Part shown: piece by piece, positions 1 through 14,410 of the stretch
How the letters are laid out: each line of letters starts with the position of its first letter
Position numbering within the stretch: the stretch's first letter is position 1
Assembly (NCBI GenBank): GCA_030390025.1
Contig: CM059432.1
Location: 118,918,001-118,982,000, forward strand
Direction of reading: 5' to 3'
Length of the DNA: 64,000 bases
DNA from: Squalus acanthias
Lineage: Eukaryota
The notes under the pieces: model-generated
Database searches by the model: none
What the model saw: the letters and a program-made list of their open reading frames with translations, nothing else
Told to the model about the DNA's origin: nothing
Made by a program: the position numbers and the translations under genes

Positions 1-584
1 TACCACAGTTTTTTAATCTGGTAAAAGACATTCTTCACATATTTTGGTATTTATGTATTTCATACATGGTGTAAACCTACAGTTTCTAACTCAAAATGTT
101 AATGCAAATTATTGATAAATTGCGAGTATTTTATATTCTGTGTTACTTGAAATCATTAAGACACCAAATGCTTGTCATTTTCTGACAAAATGAAACATAA
201 TCTTCAGGAATTTCCTCGCTCCCGCTCCGCGCTGTAACCTCACTGGAAAACACGTTTAATCGCGTAAACAGGGTCCCCGCCACACTTCCGGCAAAGTTGT
301 AGCAGCAGAATGGGAGCAGTTCCGAGGAACTTCCCGGCAAATGATTTCTGTGATTCTATTAACCATCCACTTTGGCATTTAGACCTACAAAGCTGAACCT
401 CAGTGGTGAACCAGCACCCAAAGTGTTTTATCTCCAGCTTTCCAATGAGATGGTCACAGATTGTGTGTGCTACAACTAGAGTACAGTTAATCATTTCTGT
501 CAGTTCAGTGAGGGCTATGTAGAGTGCTTTGTAAAAGTTACAAATTGTACTTGAGGGAGAGGTGAAAACTGGCAATGCCTATAG

Positions 585-688
585 GAAATAAAAACAGAAA
601 ATTCTGAAAACACTTAACAGTTCAGGCAGCATCTGTGGAGAGAGAAACAGAGTTAACATTTCAGGTCGGTGACCTTTCATCAAAACTC
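585..688 (-). mobile_element. Penelope-like element terminal (pLTR) fragment, decayed
   Basis: Similar to the arms at 21864, 40108 and 41870 (GGCAGCATCTGTGGAGAGAGAAACAGAGTTAAC..TTTCAGGTCG). No TSD found. Confidence 0.75.
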
Positions 689-1039
689 AATATGAACTTG
701 AGCATCTATATGAACTTGGTGCAGTGTTGGCTGCAGGAATGGAGGTGTCTGAAGATCAGATTCGCTGTGCTTTCCTTGTTGAAGATGGCCACACTGATGT
801 GAAAGGCTTTTGTGGGTGGTAGCTTTGAAAGTGCAAATATATTTGGAAAGAAACCAACATTAGTTGGGGCATTGCATATTTAATAATGCTCATTTGTACT
901 GCCTGTGTGTACAGATTTGAAGGTCACTTGTGGATTGCACCAGAGCATGTAAGCAAAAAACAAGGGCAATAAAAAAACCGGACCATCAAATTGGGAGAAG
1001 TTGCGGCCTGTAGTCTTTATCAGAAAGTAATAATTACAT

Positions 1040-1560
1040 AGACATTACATAGGCCATACAGTGAAACCATTCCTTGTTGCTGCTTATCCTTCACACGAGC
1101 AATGTTACTAATCCCATGTGCCCACCCTGTTTTTATATATCTTTATGCCCCTTTTCCTTCAACTACCTATTTAATCTATTCTTAAATGTTGCTACGGTCT
1201 CTGATTCGATCACTAACTCTGGTAGTCCATTCCACAGCCTCACAACCCTATGAGTAATAAAAGTTCCTCCTGTTCTCTAACCTAAATCTCTTACATTTAA
1301 CCTTACATCTATGTTCCCTCGTTCTAGACCATTCAACTGCTGGGAACAGTCTGTTTTTATCTGCTCTCTCTGATCCCCTCAGGATTTAATCACCTCTATC
1401 AAGTCACCATATTATCCTCTTTGGTCTAATGAAAACGGACCCCATTTTTCAAGTCTTCCTTTGTATTTGTATTTCCTCATACCAGGAAGAATCTTAGTGG
1501 ATCTGCACTGCCTCAACATCTTTCCTATAGTATGCAGCCCAAAACTGTACATATTACTCC
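1040..1560 (-). mobile_element. Old CR1 LINE 3' fragment
   Basis: Degenerate similarity to the reverse complement of the CR1 3' ends elsewhere in the window (CCATTCCACAGCCTCACAACCC, ACCTCTATCAAGTCACC). Confidence 0.55.
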
Positions 1561-1629
1561 AACTTGGTACGGCCGCCATCTTCACTCCCTTAAGTTCAAG
1601 CGACACAGAATTGAAAGTTTGTGGCACAT

Positions 1630-2305
1630 AAATGGTTTACCCATTCATCGCTAGATCTGGCTGGCTGGACCATAGCAAGCATTATCGGGCCCTGCTCTCC
1701 TCTGCCAAAACTGTTCACTACTCCAGGATCATCCTGGAATACCAAGATAACCCCGGCTTCTTTTCTCCATTACCAATCCTCTTCTTAACCCCTTTTCCCC
1801 TGCCCCCTCCACCCTTACCTCCAAAACAATTGTGAGGAGCTCATGGAATTTGTCACTAAGATTGAGATCAGTCATTCAGCTGCCTCTGCTGCACCCCTCA
1901 ATTCCCATAGCTCACCAAGCCAAACATCCCCCAAGGATCCCCCTGAAACGCATCTTTTTCTGGTTTCTCCGATCTCCCCTCATGTCCTCTCCAAGCTCAT
2001 CTTATCCATGAGACCTACATCCTGCTCTCTCGACCCTATTTCCACTAAACTGCTGACTACCCAACTTCTCTTCCTGGCCCCCACGCTAACTGATAGTGTA
2101 AACAGTTCCCTCTCCTCAGGTACTGTCCCCCTTGCTTTCAAATCTGCAGTCATCACCCCCCTCCTCAAAAAAGACACGCTTGACCCTCTCTGTTCTTGCA
2201 AACTACTGCACTATCCCAACATCTCTTTCCTCTCCAAAGTCCTTGAATGTATTGTTGCCTCCCTAATTCATGCCCATCTTTATCACAACTCCATGTTTGA
2301 ACCTT
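1630..2305 (+). mobile_element. L2 LINE ORF2 fragment (endonuclease-RT linker / RT N-terminus)
   Basis: ORF 1843-2307 contains PTSCSLDPI..VNSSLSSGTVPLAFKSAVITPLLKK..FLSKVLE, typical L2 RT domain 0-1. Confidence 0.85.
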
Positions 2306-2397
2306 AGTATTTATGATCTTACCCACTTGAGGTGCTGTGTTTAATGTCTTGGCTCACTGGGTAGCATGCTGTCTTCTGAGTCATTAGGGTCTATTAC

Positions 2398-3130
2398 ATC
2401 CCCTTGACATTCAACGGCATTACCATCATCAAATCCCCCACCATCAATATCCTAGGGGTCACCATTGACCAGAAACTTAACTGGACCAGTCTTAAACATA
2501 CTGTGACTACAAGAGCAGGTCAGAGGCTAGGTATTCTGTGGCGAGTATCTCACCTCCTGACTCCCCAAATCCTCTCCACCACCTACAAGGCACAAGTCAG
2601 GAGTGTGATGGAATACTCTCCACTTGCCTGGATGAGTGCAGCTCCAACAACACTCAAGAAGCTCGACACCATCCAGGACAAAGCAGCCCGCTTGATTGGC
2701 ACCCCATCCACCACCTTAAACATTCACTCCCTCCACCACCGGCGTACCGTGGCTGCAGTGTGTACCATCTACAAGATGCACTGCAGCAACTCGCCAAGGC
2801 TTCTTCGACAGCACCTCCCAAACCCGCGACCTCTTCCACCTGGAAAGAAAACGGCAGCAGATGCATGGGAACACCACCACCTGCAAATTCCCCTTCAAGC
2901 CACACACCATCCTAGCTTGCAAATATATTGTTGTTCCTTCATCGTCGCTGGGTCAAAATCCTGGAACTCCCTCACTAACAGCACTGTGGGTGTACCTTCA
3001 CCGCACGGACTGCAGCAGTTCAAGAAGGCGGCTCACCACCACCTTCTCAAGAGCAATTAGGGATGGACAATAAATGCTGGCCTTGACCAGTGACACCCAC
3101 ATCCCACAAGCGAATAAATTAAAAAAAAAT
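2398..3130 (+). mobile_element. 5'-truncated CR1/L2-group LINE (A-tailed family 'B'), 3' end
   Basis: ORF 2404-3060 (ILGVTIDQKLNW..YKAQVRSVMEYS..WNSL), followed by AATAAA and an A-rich tail. Near-identical to 37185-37701 and 57610-58520. Confidence 0.9.
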
Positions 3131-4727
3131 TAAAAACCTCCCTGAATGTGTGATCTCCCCCCAATTCAGCACTTTCCCCAGACTCTCCTGTAACCCATAG
3201 CTATTCCATTGCTGTCCACTGTGCTGCGGTAAACAGTTGAGTGAACTGTAATGTCCTCTAACCGCTACATTTCTGCTCAGTCAGCTTTGATGTTCTATCA
3301 GCGCTCAACAAAATTTGGCCAATCATCTTGACTCATTAATCTCCCCAGCCTCCACAGCTTTAACCCTTAGCTGTTGCATTCTGGCCAGCTTTGACCTGCA
3401 TCCGTGCTGGGCAAACTGCTGCACTGGTCTAAGAAGGCAGAAAGCAATGGGAAAATTCAGAAATCACTTAGCAGAATAGCCTGCATAACAGAATAAGTTT
3501 GAGTTAACAAACTTGTTATTTATTTAATTGAGCTCCATTATAAAAGTCACCCCAAATTTTAGAACATCTTGATTTATTTTGCTCATATTTTTAATTTTTT
3601 ACTCAATTTTTTTTGCTTCCTCCACTTATCCTGAGGGAGGTGACTTTTGCTGGCATATGGTTCCACAGGCTCTGATAGCCCTCCCGGTATCATGCCCAAG
3701 TGCCCAATCTTCATATGTGAGCCTAAACAGTTAAATTTGGCAGGCTGTTTGGCTGAGAAAGGGGCCTCACAGTTGATTCCGATTCTGTCACCATTCTGCA
3801 TTCACACACGCGAGTACCTTTCAGCTGGGGTCATTGAATAGGTATAGACCAGAGACAAGAACCCTAGCTGATTTGTCTCCTCCCTAGCTGAGGCACGCTA
3901 CTGTTAAATCAAGTTTTTTTAATCTTTTCTCCCTTTTCCCTCAAATGCAGCATCCTGACTAATAGGGCATGTGAATGAGCATCTCCCAGACATCTTCCAC
4001 TGGTGCTCTGTGATAGAATTTTGAAAGATATGTGACTGTGGATCCTCATAACTGTCCTTTCAATCCTCTCCCCCATCCTATGGAGATGCATCTGTGCTAT
4101 ACTTGGGACCTTCCCCCAACAGTACGGCTGAGATCAGGAACTCATCATTTGGAGAAGTGCGAGTATGAACTGCAGTTATAGCCTAATTTAACAATTACAT
4201 TGCAGCTTATTAATCATTCAGTATGAAAGTCATTATGGAGTGGTCTGATAGTCACTATCAACACAAAAGTAAATACAGAATAGAATAAAACCATCACAGG
4301 AAATTAAACAATATTCCACATAATAGTTAGAATATACCGTTATGGAATCTATCATTCTGTTGCACGCCTGAGCAGTTAACAGGCACAGGTTGTCATATAA
4401 AAAGTAAGTTAGAAAATAATAATGTTCACATTTATAATTCTATGAGTGAGAAAAAAAATCATTATTATTCATCAGATAATTGGTCTAATTCAAAAACCTC
4501 TTCTTATTTCAACCAAAGAATACACAGCAAAGCACATAGCATAAGAATACAAGGCATTGATCTAATTGATGGTTCAGATGGTTCAGGCCCAGTATCAACC
4601 CAGGATATATGTTACTTTGTATGATATTTCTTTATTAGTTTTAGTGATTTTATTTATTCTTGATTACATTATTTCACTGACATTGACTGCCACACCACTC
4701 TGGGAAGGATTGGCATTTGTACAAGAA

Positions 4728-5112
4728 ACACTTGCATTTATATAGCGTCTTTTACATAGTAAAACGTCCCAAGATGTTTCACAGGAGTGTTATCAAACAA
4801 CATTTGACACCGAGCCACATAAGCGATATTAGGCCAGGTGATCAAAAGCTTGGTCAAAGAGGTAGGTTTTAAGGAGCGTTTTAAAGAAAGAAAGAGAGGT
4901 AGAGTGGCGGAGAGGTTTAGGGGGGAATGCCAGAGCTTAGGGTCTCGGCAGCTGAAGGCACGGCCGCCAATGGTGGAGTGACGAAAATTGGAGGGTTGTA
5001 AGGCTGGAGGGGGTTACAGAGATAGGGAGGGGCGAGGCCATGGAGGGATTTGAAAACAAGGATGAGAATTTTAATATCGAGGCATTGCCGGACTGGGAGC
5101 CAATGTAGGTCA
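4728..5112 (-). mobile_element. L2 LINE 3' end
   Basis: Minus-strand LHWLPVRQ..KILILVFKSLHGLAPPYL, plus the tail ACTTGCATTTATATAGCG also seen at 44478. Confidence 0.85.
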
Positions 5113-5954
5113 TTGCGCTGGAGGTGCAAACCAGCTGGAAATATGCGGCAGGAGTGCCCTGCCACGTTTAAATGTTTTTGAGTCCTTCAGTGAGGCTCGG
5201 GAACTGCAGCAACGTGAGCTCCTTGAACCTCCAGTGCGGCCCAGCATTTTCGCAGTGCATTTGCAGTGCTGCAATTCAGCTCCTGATTTCCTCCTCCTCC
5301 TCCCATGCAGAGCGTGTGATTGTTCCATAGGCATTTAAGAGAGGAAAATATCCCCTTTAATTCCATGGATGAGGAAGAATGCCCAATAATCATAGAAAAA
5401 ACTGCTCTGAAAAAGAAACAAAAAAAATTAGAAATGCACAGCAGCTCAATCAGCATCTGGAAGAGACAAGAGAGGTTTGTCTTGAAGAAGAGTTCCACAT
5501 AAAACATTAGTCATTCTTTTTCGGTTGCTGATTTATTTGTTGTGTGTTACCAGCATTTTACAGCTTTCCAGCAATCATGGTTTTTCCTTTAATCGCTTGC
5601 CAAATGTACTTGCTTTGTTTGATCAAACTGATCTGAAATCTAGACATTTGCTAGCTATGTTCAAATTCAACTTGTTTGTATCTCCTTTTCCAAAGAAGCC
5701 AACTAATTACTTACGATGAAGCAGGCCCAGATTAGGGATTTATTCGGCACTGGGCACAGAATTAAATTAAGGCCCTCTACAATCCACCACTATTATTAAA
5801 TGAGCAAATCCATTACACAGTCGAATGCAGGGGATAAGCACCTTAAAAATTAACACAAAGTGCAATGTAGAAATAACTAAGGACAAAATATGCAGTGTAA
5901 TAAATGAAGATCTAAAAATAAATGCAAATGCAATGCATGTAAATTAACAGTGCC

Positions 5955-8900
5955 CAGCTCAGTGTATGAAGATTAACCATGTACCACACAATACATGAAC
6001 ATCAACCATACACAAAGCAATGCGTGAACATTGACTATGTACAAGCTCAATGTATGAAGGTTGACTGTACAAGATCAATGTATGAAGGTTGACTATGCAC
6101 AGCTCAATGTATGAAGGTTGACTGTACAAGATCAATGTATGAAGGTTGACTATGCACAGCTCAATGTATGAAGGTTGACTATGTACAAGCTCAATGTATG
6201 AAGGCTGACTATGCACAGCTCAATTTATGAAGGTTGACTATGCACAGCTCAATGTATGAAAGCTGACTATGTACAAAATCAATGTATGAAGGTTGACTAT
6301 GCACAATCTCAATGTATGAAGGTTGACTATGTACAAGCTCAATATATGAAGGTTGACTAGAAGCTTAATGTATGAATGTTGAATATGCACAGGTCAATAT
6401 ATGAAGGTTTGAAGGGATAATTACTAGTCCTAGCCCCTTTAGGGCTACCCCGGATCAGGCGTATTACCCAGACGTTCACTTTCAACTAACGTTTGAGGTA
6501 GCCAAATCCTAAAGACGCTTAATTGGGTCTAAAGGTCCAGACTATCTCTTCCTGAAGGAAAGAAACAACCTGAAGATGTTACCGTCCTCCAGATAGCACT
6601 TTTAATAAGTTTAGCTAGACTGTAACCTTCCGGATATTATGAGGGTACGGATAACTCCCCCAGAATTCTGCAAATCCTCACCAAAAAGCGTACAGAGATT
6701 GAGATTGTGAGTTTGATACAGAAGTATTATGTGAGACAATTCTAAAATATATAGATTTATTAAAGAACGACATGTAATTACAGTTGGTGATTCAATTCCA
6801 ACATTAACAGTTCCAAAAACAGAAATCTTACAATTCTATTATCAGAGATCCTTATTCTCAAATCTTAACTTCATTACATTTTTACAGTTCTTAGTCTTTA
6901 TTCCAGGATATCCACCAAAATCAAATACGTTTGATAGCTTTGATCCCCGAGGTACAAAGAGTTGTAGACTTACAGAGCTTGCCTCTGAAGCCGAGAATCG
7001 CTTTGCCCCTTTACAGCGAGACTATCATCCCATTTGAAAGTTCAATATTTATGTCCTTTTTCAGTGGTATGTCCTTTGAAGTTTTCTGCTGATGTAAGCT
7101 AATTATCTCTAGTAATTTTTCTGCTGACCCCTGCTATTCTTACAGTCAGTTCAGCTGGTAGCATTAAGAATTGTGTCTCTACCTTTAGGTGTTTGAAGCT
7201 TATCATAAAAACGGTGTGACAGCAGATGCATCTATTTGATGTCATTCTTACCAAGGTCTTCTGTTTGTGTCTTTTTACGATGTGTAAATTAAAACACTCC
7301 AATCGGGTGCACCATTGTCTTCTTAGTTACCTCAGCTGGTTGCAACACAGAATCATGTCTCCTGTGTTTCATTTGATGTAATTTTCACGAAGGCATATGT
7401 TTCTTAATTTTCTGTGTTTCTTTCCAAAGTGTAATTTAGGACACCTTAACCAGGTGTACCATTGTGTTATTTCCAAAGCTTCAGACTTCAGGAGCTTCCA
7501 ACCTCCTGTTTCAATAGGGTTATTGATTCAGTGTCAACAACTTATCTTATCTCAATAGCCTGTATGCTCTTTACAGCTTCTCCATTGTTAGGTTTTTAGA
7601 TTTTCAAGCCCAGTTTGTCATGTTACAAAGGCCAGAATTCTTTCATAGAATGGTGCATTTTTCTGAATATGGCTTATTCCTTCACAGGTTGACTATGTAC
7701 AAGCTCAATGTATGAAGGTTGACTATGCATAGCTCAATGTATGAAGGTTGACCATGCACAGCTCAATGTATGAACATTGATTATGTACAAGCTCAATGTA
7801 TGAAGGTTGACTATGTACAAGCTCAATGTATGAACATTGGCTATGCACAGCTCAATGGATGAATATTGATTATGTACAAGCTCAATATAGGAAGGTTGAC
7901 TATGTACAAGCTCAATGTAGGAAGGTTGACTATGCACAGGTCAATGTATGAAGGTTGACTATGTACAAGCTCAATGTATGAAGGTTGACTATGCACAGCT
8001 CAATGTATGAAGTTTGACTATGCACAGCTCAATGTATGATGCTTGACTATGTACAGCTCAATGTATGAAGGTTGACTATGTACAAGCTCAATGTATGAAG
8101 GTTGACTATGCACAAGCTCAATGTATGACGGTTGACGATGTACAAGCTCAATGTATGAAGGTTGACAATGCTCAGCTCAATGGATGAAGGTTGACTATGC
8201 ACAGCTCAATGGATGAACATTGATTATGTACAAGCTCAATGTATGAAGGTTTACTATGCACTGCTCAATGTATGAAGGTTGACTATATACAAGCTCAAAG
8301 TATGAAGGTTGACTATGCACAGCTCAATGTATGAAGGTTGACTATGCACAGCTCGATGTATGAAGGTTGACTATGCAGAGCTCAATATATGAAGGTTGAC
8401 TATGTACAAGTTCAATGTATGAAGGTTGACTATGCACAGCTCAATGGATGAACATTGATTATGTACAAGCTCAATATAGGAAGGTTGACTATGTACAAGC
8501 TCCATGCAGGAAGGTTGACTATGCACAGGTCAATGTATGAAGGTTGACTATGTACAAGCTCAATGTATGAAGGTTGACTATGGACAAGAAAAATGTATGA
8601 AGGTTGACTATGCACAGCTCAATGTATGAAGCCTGACTATGTACAGCTCAATGTATAAAGGTTCACTATGTGCAAGCTCAATGTATGAAGGTTGACTATG
8701 TACAATCTCAATGTATGAAGGTTGACTATGTGCATCTCAGTGTGTGAAGGTTGACTATGTACAAGCTCAATGTATGAAGGTTGACTATGTACAAGCTCAA
8801 TGTATGGAGGTTGACTGTGTACAAGCTCAATGTATGAAGGTTTACTATGCACTGCTCAACGTATGAAGGTTGACTATGCACAGCTGAATGTATGAACATT

Positions 8901-10408
8901 GACTATGCACAGCTCAACGGATGAACATTGATTATGTACAACCTCAATGTATGAAGGTTGACTATGCACAGTTCAATGTATGAAGGTTGACTATGCACAG
9001 CTCAATGTATGAAGGTTGACTATGCATAGCTCAACGGATGAGCATTGATTAAGTACAAGCTCAATGTATGAAGGTTGACTATGCACAGCTCAATGTATGA
9101 AGGTTGACTATGCACAGCTCAACGGATGAACATTGATTAAGTACAAGCTCAATGTATGAATGTTGACTATGTACAAGCTCAATGTATGAAGGTTGACTAT
9201 GCACAGCTCAATGTACGAAGGTTGACTATGCACAGCTCAATGTATGAAGGTTGACTATGCACAGCTCAATGTACGAAGGTTGACTATGCACAGCTCGATG
9301 TACGAAGGTTGACTATGCAGAGCTCGATGTATGAAGGTTGACTATGTACAAGCTCAATGTATGAAGGTTGACTATGCACAGCTCAATGGATGAACATTGA
9401 TTATGTACAAGCTCCATGTAGGAAGGTTGACTATGTACAATCTCAATGTATGAAGGTTGACTATGTGCAGCTCAGTGTGTGAAGGTTGACTATGTACAAG
9501 CTCAATGTATGAAGGTTGACTCTGTACAGCTCAATGTATGAAGGTTGACTATGTACAAGCTCAATGTATAAAGGTTGACTATGTACAGCTCAATGTATGA
9601 AGGTTGACTATGTACAAGTTCAATGTATGAAGGTTGACTATGTACAAGCTCAATGTATGAAGGTTGACTGTGTACAAGCTCAATATATGAAGGTTGACTA
9701 TGCACAGCTCAATGGTTGAACATTGATTATGTACAAGCTCAATGTATGAAGGTTGACTATGTACAAGCTCAATGTATGAAGGTTGACTATTTACAAGCTC
9801 AATGTATGAAGGTTGACTATGCACAGCTCAATGTATGAACACTGACTATGCACAGCTCAACGGATGAACATTGATTATGTACAAGCTCAATGTATGAAGG
9901 TTGACTATGCACAGTTCAATGTATGAAGGTTGACTATGCACAGCTCAATGTATGAATGTTGACTATGCACAGCTCAACGGATGAACATTGATTAAGTACA
10001 AGCTCAATGTATGAATGTTGACTATGTACAAGCTCAATGTATGAAGGTTGACTATGCACAGCTCAATGTAAGAAGGTTGACTATGCACAGCTCAATGTAT
10101 GAAGGTTGACTAGGCACAACTCAGTGTATGAAGTTTGACTATGCACGGGCTCAATATATGAAGTTTGGCTATGCACAAGCTCAATATATGAAGGTTGACT
10201 ATGCACAGCTCAATGTATGAGGCTTGACTATGTAAAAGCTTATGTATGAACATTGACTATGTGCAAGCTCAATGTATGAAGGTTGACTATGCACAACCTC
10301 AATATATGAAGGTTTACGATGCACAAGCTCAATGTATGAAGGTTGACTATGTACGACGTTAATGTATGAAGGTTGACTATGTTAAAGGTCAATGTACGTA
10401 CAAGCTCA
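5955..10408. repeat. Tandem satellite/minisatellite with 29/30-bp unit ([T/C]AC[A]AGCTCAATGTATGAAGGTTGACTATG), roughly 100 units, interrupted by a solo LTR at 6410-7684
   Basis: Directly visible head-to-tail repeats at 5955-6409 and 7685-10408. Confidence 0.97.
6410..7684 (-). mobile_element. Putative solo LTR (~1275 bp) inserted in the satellite
   Basis: TG...CA ends with inverted repeat TGAAGGGATAA / TTATTCCTTCA (10/11 match). Flanked by duplicated AGGTT (AAGGTT/CAGGTT). AATAAA on the minus strand near 6756. No long ORF. Confidence 0.75.
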
Positions 10409-10919
10409 AGGGGGAGTTTTAACTCCCTCCGCATGGTTTTACACGCCCACTGCTATCTTTCAACTGCTGATTTAATTGGCATCGGAGCCGCCCACCTGGA
10501 GATTCATGATTACATTTACATCTGCCTGTTAAGCAGCTAGAATCCCCAAATCCAATTTTTACAACCTATTGAGCAGAACGTCTTCTGGACACTCCACTCA
10601 ATAGAATCTGTTGACCACCGAAAAAAATAATTTTATTGGGCTTGAAGGAGAAGGGGCCCCACAAAAAAATAATCTAGGCCATTGACAAACCCTTGCTCCC
10701 CAAACCCCGCCTAGGAACACACCTGGTTGCCAGGTGGGTGATCTCTCCGATATTGCTCCAGCCCTATTCCAGCTCGCTGCGCTAGGATTCCTATTTGGGT
10801 CGGGCAGGTCACCTGTTCAATTTAAATGCTGCACCTCCTGGACGGCTGGACTGTGTGTTCCGCCGACCATCCGCACAAAAGATAAGATAACCCTTAAGTG
10901 TGTAAAAAGTAACCTTGGA

Positions 10920-11230
10920 CAGCCCAATGTATCTATGTTGACTATATACTTCTCAATATGTGAATGTTGACAATATACATCATAATATGTGAATTTTGAT
11001 GATATACAGCTCAATGTGCGATGATGACTATATACAGCTGAAATTGTGCACATTAACAAGATACAGCTCAATATTTAGATGTTGATGACATAAAGCTCAA
11101 TACATGAAGATTAACCATGTACAGCTCAATGTGTGAATTTGACCATGTACTGCTCATTGTGTGACCATGAACCATGTACAGTTCCATGTGTAAATGTGAC
11201 TATATACGGTTCATTGTGTGAATGTTGATT
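10920..11230. repeat. Degenerate copies of the 29-bp satellite
   Basis: ACAGCTCAATGTGTGAATGTTGAC-like units. Similar tracts at about 18680-18945 and 19690-19900. Confidence 0.8.
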
Positions 11231-14200
11231 ATTTAGTCATAAATGACATTTTATGTGACTGTGATCGTGGCAAGCTATCCCTTCTCGTCCTTCTCGACTT
11301 GTCTGCATCCTCCTCCAATGCCTCTCCACCGTTGTCCAGCTGGGTGAGACTGCGCTCGCCTGGTTCCATTCTTATCTATCTAATTGTAGCCAGAGAATCA
11401 CCTGCAATGGCTTCTCGTCATGCTCCCGCACCATTACCTATGGTGTCCCCAAGGATCTCTCCTTGGCCCCCTCCTATTTCTCAACTACATACTGCCCCTT
11501 AGCAACATCATCTGAAAACACAGCATCAGTTTCCACATGTACGCTGATGACACCCAGCTCTACCTCACCACCACCTCTCTCGACCCCTCCACTGTCTCTA
11601 AATTGTCAAATTTAATTAACTAAATAAATAAACAAGCTAATATAGTGATGGCAGTGCAGGTTGTGTGCCGCAACTGCAGCATGTAGGAGCTTGTGGACAG
11701 CATCGTGATCCCGGTGTATTTGCAGTAAGTGTCTGCATCCCGAGGAACTTCAGCTCAGAGTTGTTGAGCAGAAGTCCGAGGTGCAGACATTGTGGGGCAT
11801 CAGGGAGGGGGAGAGCTGTCTGGCCACTTTGATCCAGGAGGCAGTCACACCCCTTAGGTTAGGTAGTGGTACAGGTCTGGTTAGTGGTCAGGGACAGGAG
11901 AGTGTGACTGCAACTCAGGCAGGTAAGGGGACCCCAGGAGCACTGCTGGAGGAGCCTCAGCCTTTGCCCTTATCCAACAGGTATGAGGTTCTTGCTGTCT
12001 GTGTGGATGAGGGCAAAGTCTGCAGAGTGGATGAGCAAACTGACTATGACACCATGGTACAGGAGGCCATTCAAGTGGGGGGAGTGAAAAGGAAAGTTGT
12101 AGTGGTAAGGGACAGTATAGTCAGGGGTTAGATGCTGTTCTCTGCAGACGCGACCGGGAGTTCTGAAGGCTTTATTGGCTGTAGATAGGGCTTTAAACTA
12201 AAAAAGTGGGGGGGAGAGGTCAGGTGAGGGGAAAATTAGAAATCTAAAGAGAAAAGTCAAGGCAATGGAGCAGTGTAGTGATTTGGGTAAAGATAAGCAG
12301 AGTGTGACAGAAAGGGACAGGGAGTTTAACCATAATAGTGCATCAGCGAATAAGGTGAAAGCAGGCAATAATGGTAAAAAGTTAAAAATAAAGGCTCTTT
12401 ATCTGAATGCACAAAGCATTCATAACAAGATAGATGAATTAATGGCACAAATAAAGATAAATGGCTTTGATCTAATAGCATTACAGAGAAGTGGTTGCAA
12501 GGTGACCAAAGTTGGGAACTAAATATTCCAGGGTACTTGATATTTTGAAAAGACAGGAAGAATGGAAAAGGAGGGTGGTAGCCCTGATAATAAAGGATGA
12601 CATAAGGACAGTAGTGAGAAAGGATCTTGGCTCAGAAGATCAGGAAGTAGAATCAGTATGGGTGGAGATAAAAAATAATAAGGGGCAGACTTGTGGGAGT
12701 AGTTTAAAGGCCCCCTAACAGTAGCTATACCATTGGACAGAGTATTAATCAACAATAATAGGAGCTTGTAACAAAGGTAATACAATAGTCATGGGGGACT
12801 TTAATCTTCATATAGACTAGGCAAATCAAATTGGCAAAGGTAGTCTGGAGGACGAGTTAGTAGAATGCATTGGAGACAGTTTCCTAGAACAATACTTCGT
12901 GGAACCAACCAGGGAAAAGGCTATTTTAGATCTTATATTATGTAATGAGACAGGGTTAATTAGTAATCTCATAGTAAAGGATCATCTGGGGAAGAGCGAT
13001 CATAATATGATAGAATTTAACATTGAGATTGAGAGTGAAATACTTAAATCTGAAATGAAAGTCTTAAACTTAAATAAAGCCAATTACATAGGTATGAGTG
13101 GCGAGTTAGCTTAGGTAGTTTGGCAAATTAGATTAAAAGGTATGTGGGTAGATAAACAGTGGCAAACACTTAAACATTCAAAGAAATATTCCAAGATTCT
13201 CAACAAATATACATTCCATTGAGAAATAAAAAATCCACGGGAAAAGTGATCCATTCATGTCTAACTAAAGAAGTTAAGGATAGTATTAGGTTAAAAGAAG
13301 AGGCTTATAATGTTGTGAAGAATTGTAGTAAGCCTGAGGATTGGGAGAGCTTTAGAAACCAGCAAAGGATAACCAAAAATTTGATAAAAAGGGAGAAGTT
13401 AAAATGAGAGTAAACTAGCACGAAATATAAAAACAAATCGTAACAGCTTCTATAAGTATGTACAAAGGAAGAGAGTAGCAAAAGTAATCATTGGTCCCTT
13501 AGAGGCTGAGACTGGTGAAATTATAATGGGGAATAAGGAAATGGCAGAGACTTTAAACAAATCTTTTGCATCTGTCTTCACAAAAGAAGACACAAAAAGC
13601 ATACCAAACATTGTGGGGAACCAAGGGTCTTATAAGAGTGAGGAACTTAAAGTAATTAATATCAGTAAAGAAAAAAGTACTTGAGAAACTAATGAGACTA
13701 AAATCCGACAAAACCCCTGGACCTGACAGCCTACATCCTAGGGTTCTAAAAGAGGAGGCTGCAGAGATAGTGGATACATTGGTTGTGATCTTCCAAAATT
13801 CCCTAGGCTCTAGAACAGTCCAAGCAGACTGGAAGTTACAAATGTAACCCCACTATTCAAGAAAGGAGGGAGAGAGAAAACAGGGATCTACAGGCCAGTT
13901 AGCCTGACATCAGTCATCGGGAAAATGCTGGAAACCATTATTAAGGAAGTGGTAACAGGGCACTTAGAAAATTATAATATGATTAGGCAGAGTCAACATG
14001 GTTTATGAAAGGGAAATCCTGTTTAACAAATTTATTAGAGTTTTTTGAGGATGTAACTAGCAGGGTAGATAAAGGGGAACCAGTGGATGTAGTATATTTG
14101 GATTTCCAAAAGGCATTCGATAAGCTGCCACATAAAAGGTTATTACACAAGATAAGGGCTCATGCGGTTGGGTTAATATAGTAGCATGGATAGAGGATTG

Positions 14201-14410
14201 GTTAATGGACAGAAAACAGAAAGTAGGGATAAACGGGTCATTTTCTGGTTAGCAGGCTGTAACTAGTGGGGTGCCGCAAGGATCAGTGCTTGGGCCTCAG
14301 CTATTTACAATCTATATTAATGACTAAGATGAAGGGACCGATTGCAATGTCTCCAAGTTTGCTGATGATACAAAGCTAGGTGGTAAAGTAAGCTGTGAGG
14401 AGGACAGAAA

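Noticed and set aside
5955..10408. CRISPR-like array
   Set aside because: Head-to-tail repeats with no unique spacers, no cas genes, and a vertebrate intron context.
5959..10434. Minus-strand ORFs with (HSQPSYIELV)n repeats as a repetitive protein gene
   Set aside because: By-product of the 30-bp satellite unit; interspersed 29-bp units shift the frame constantly and no splice or start context is evident.
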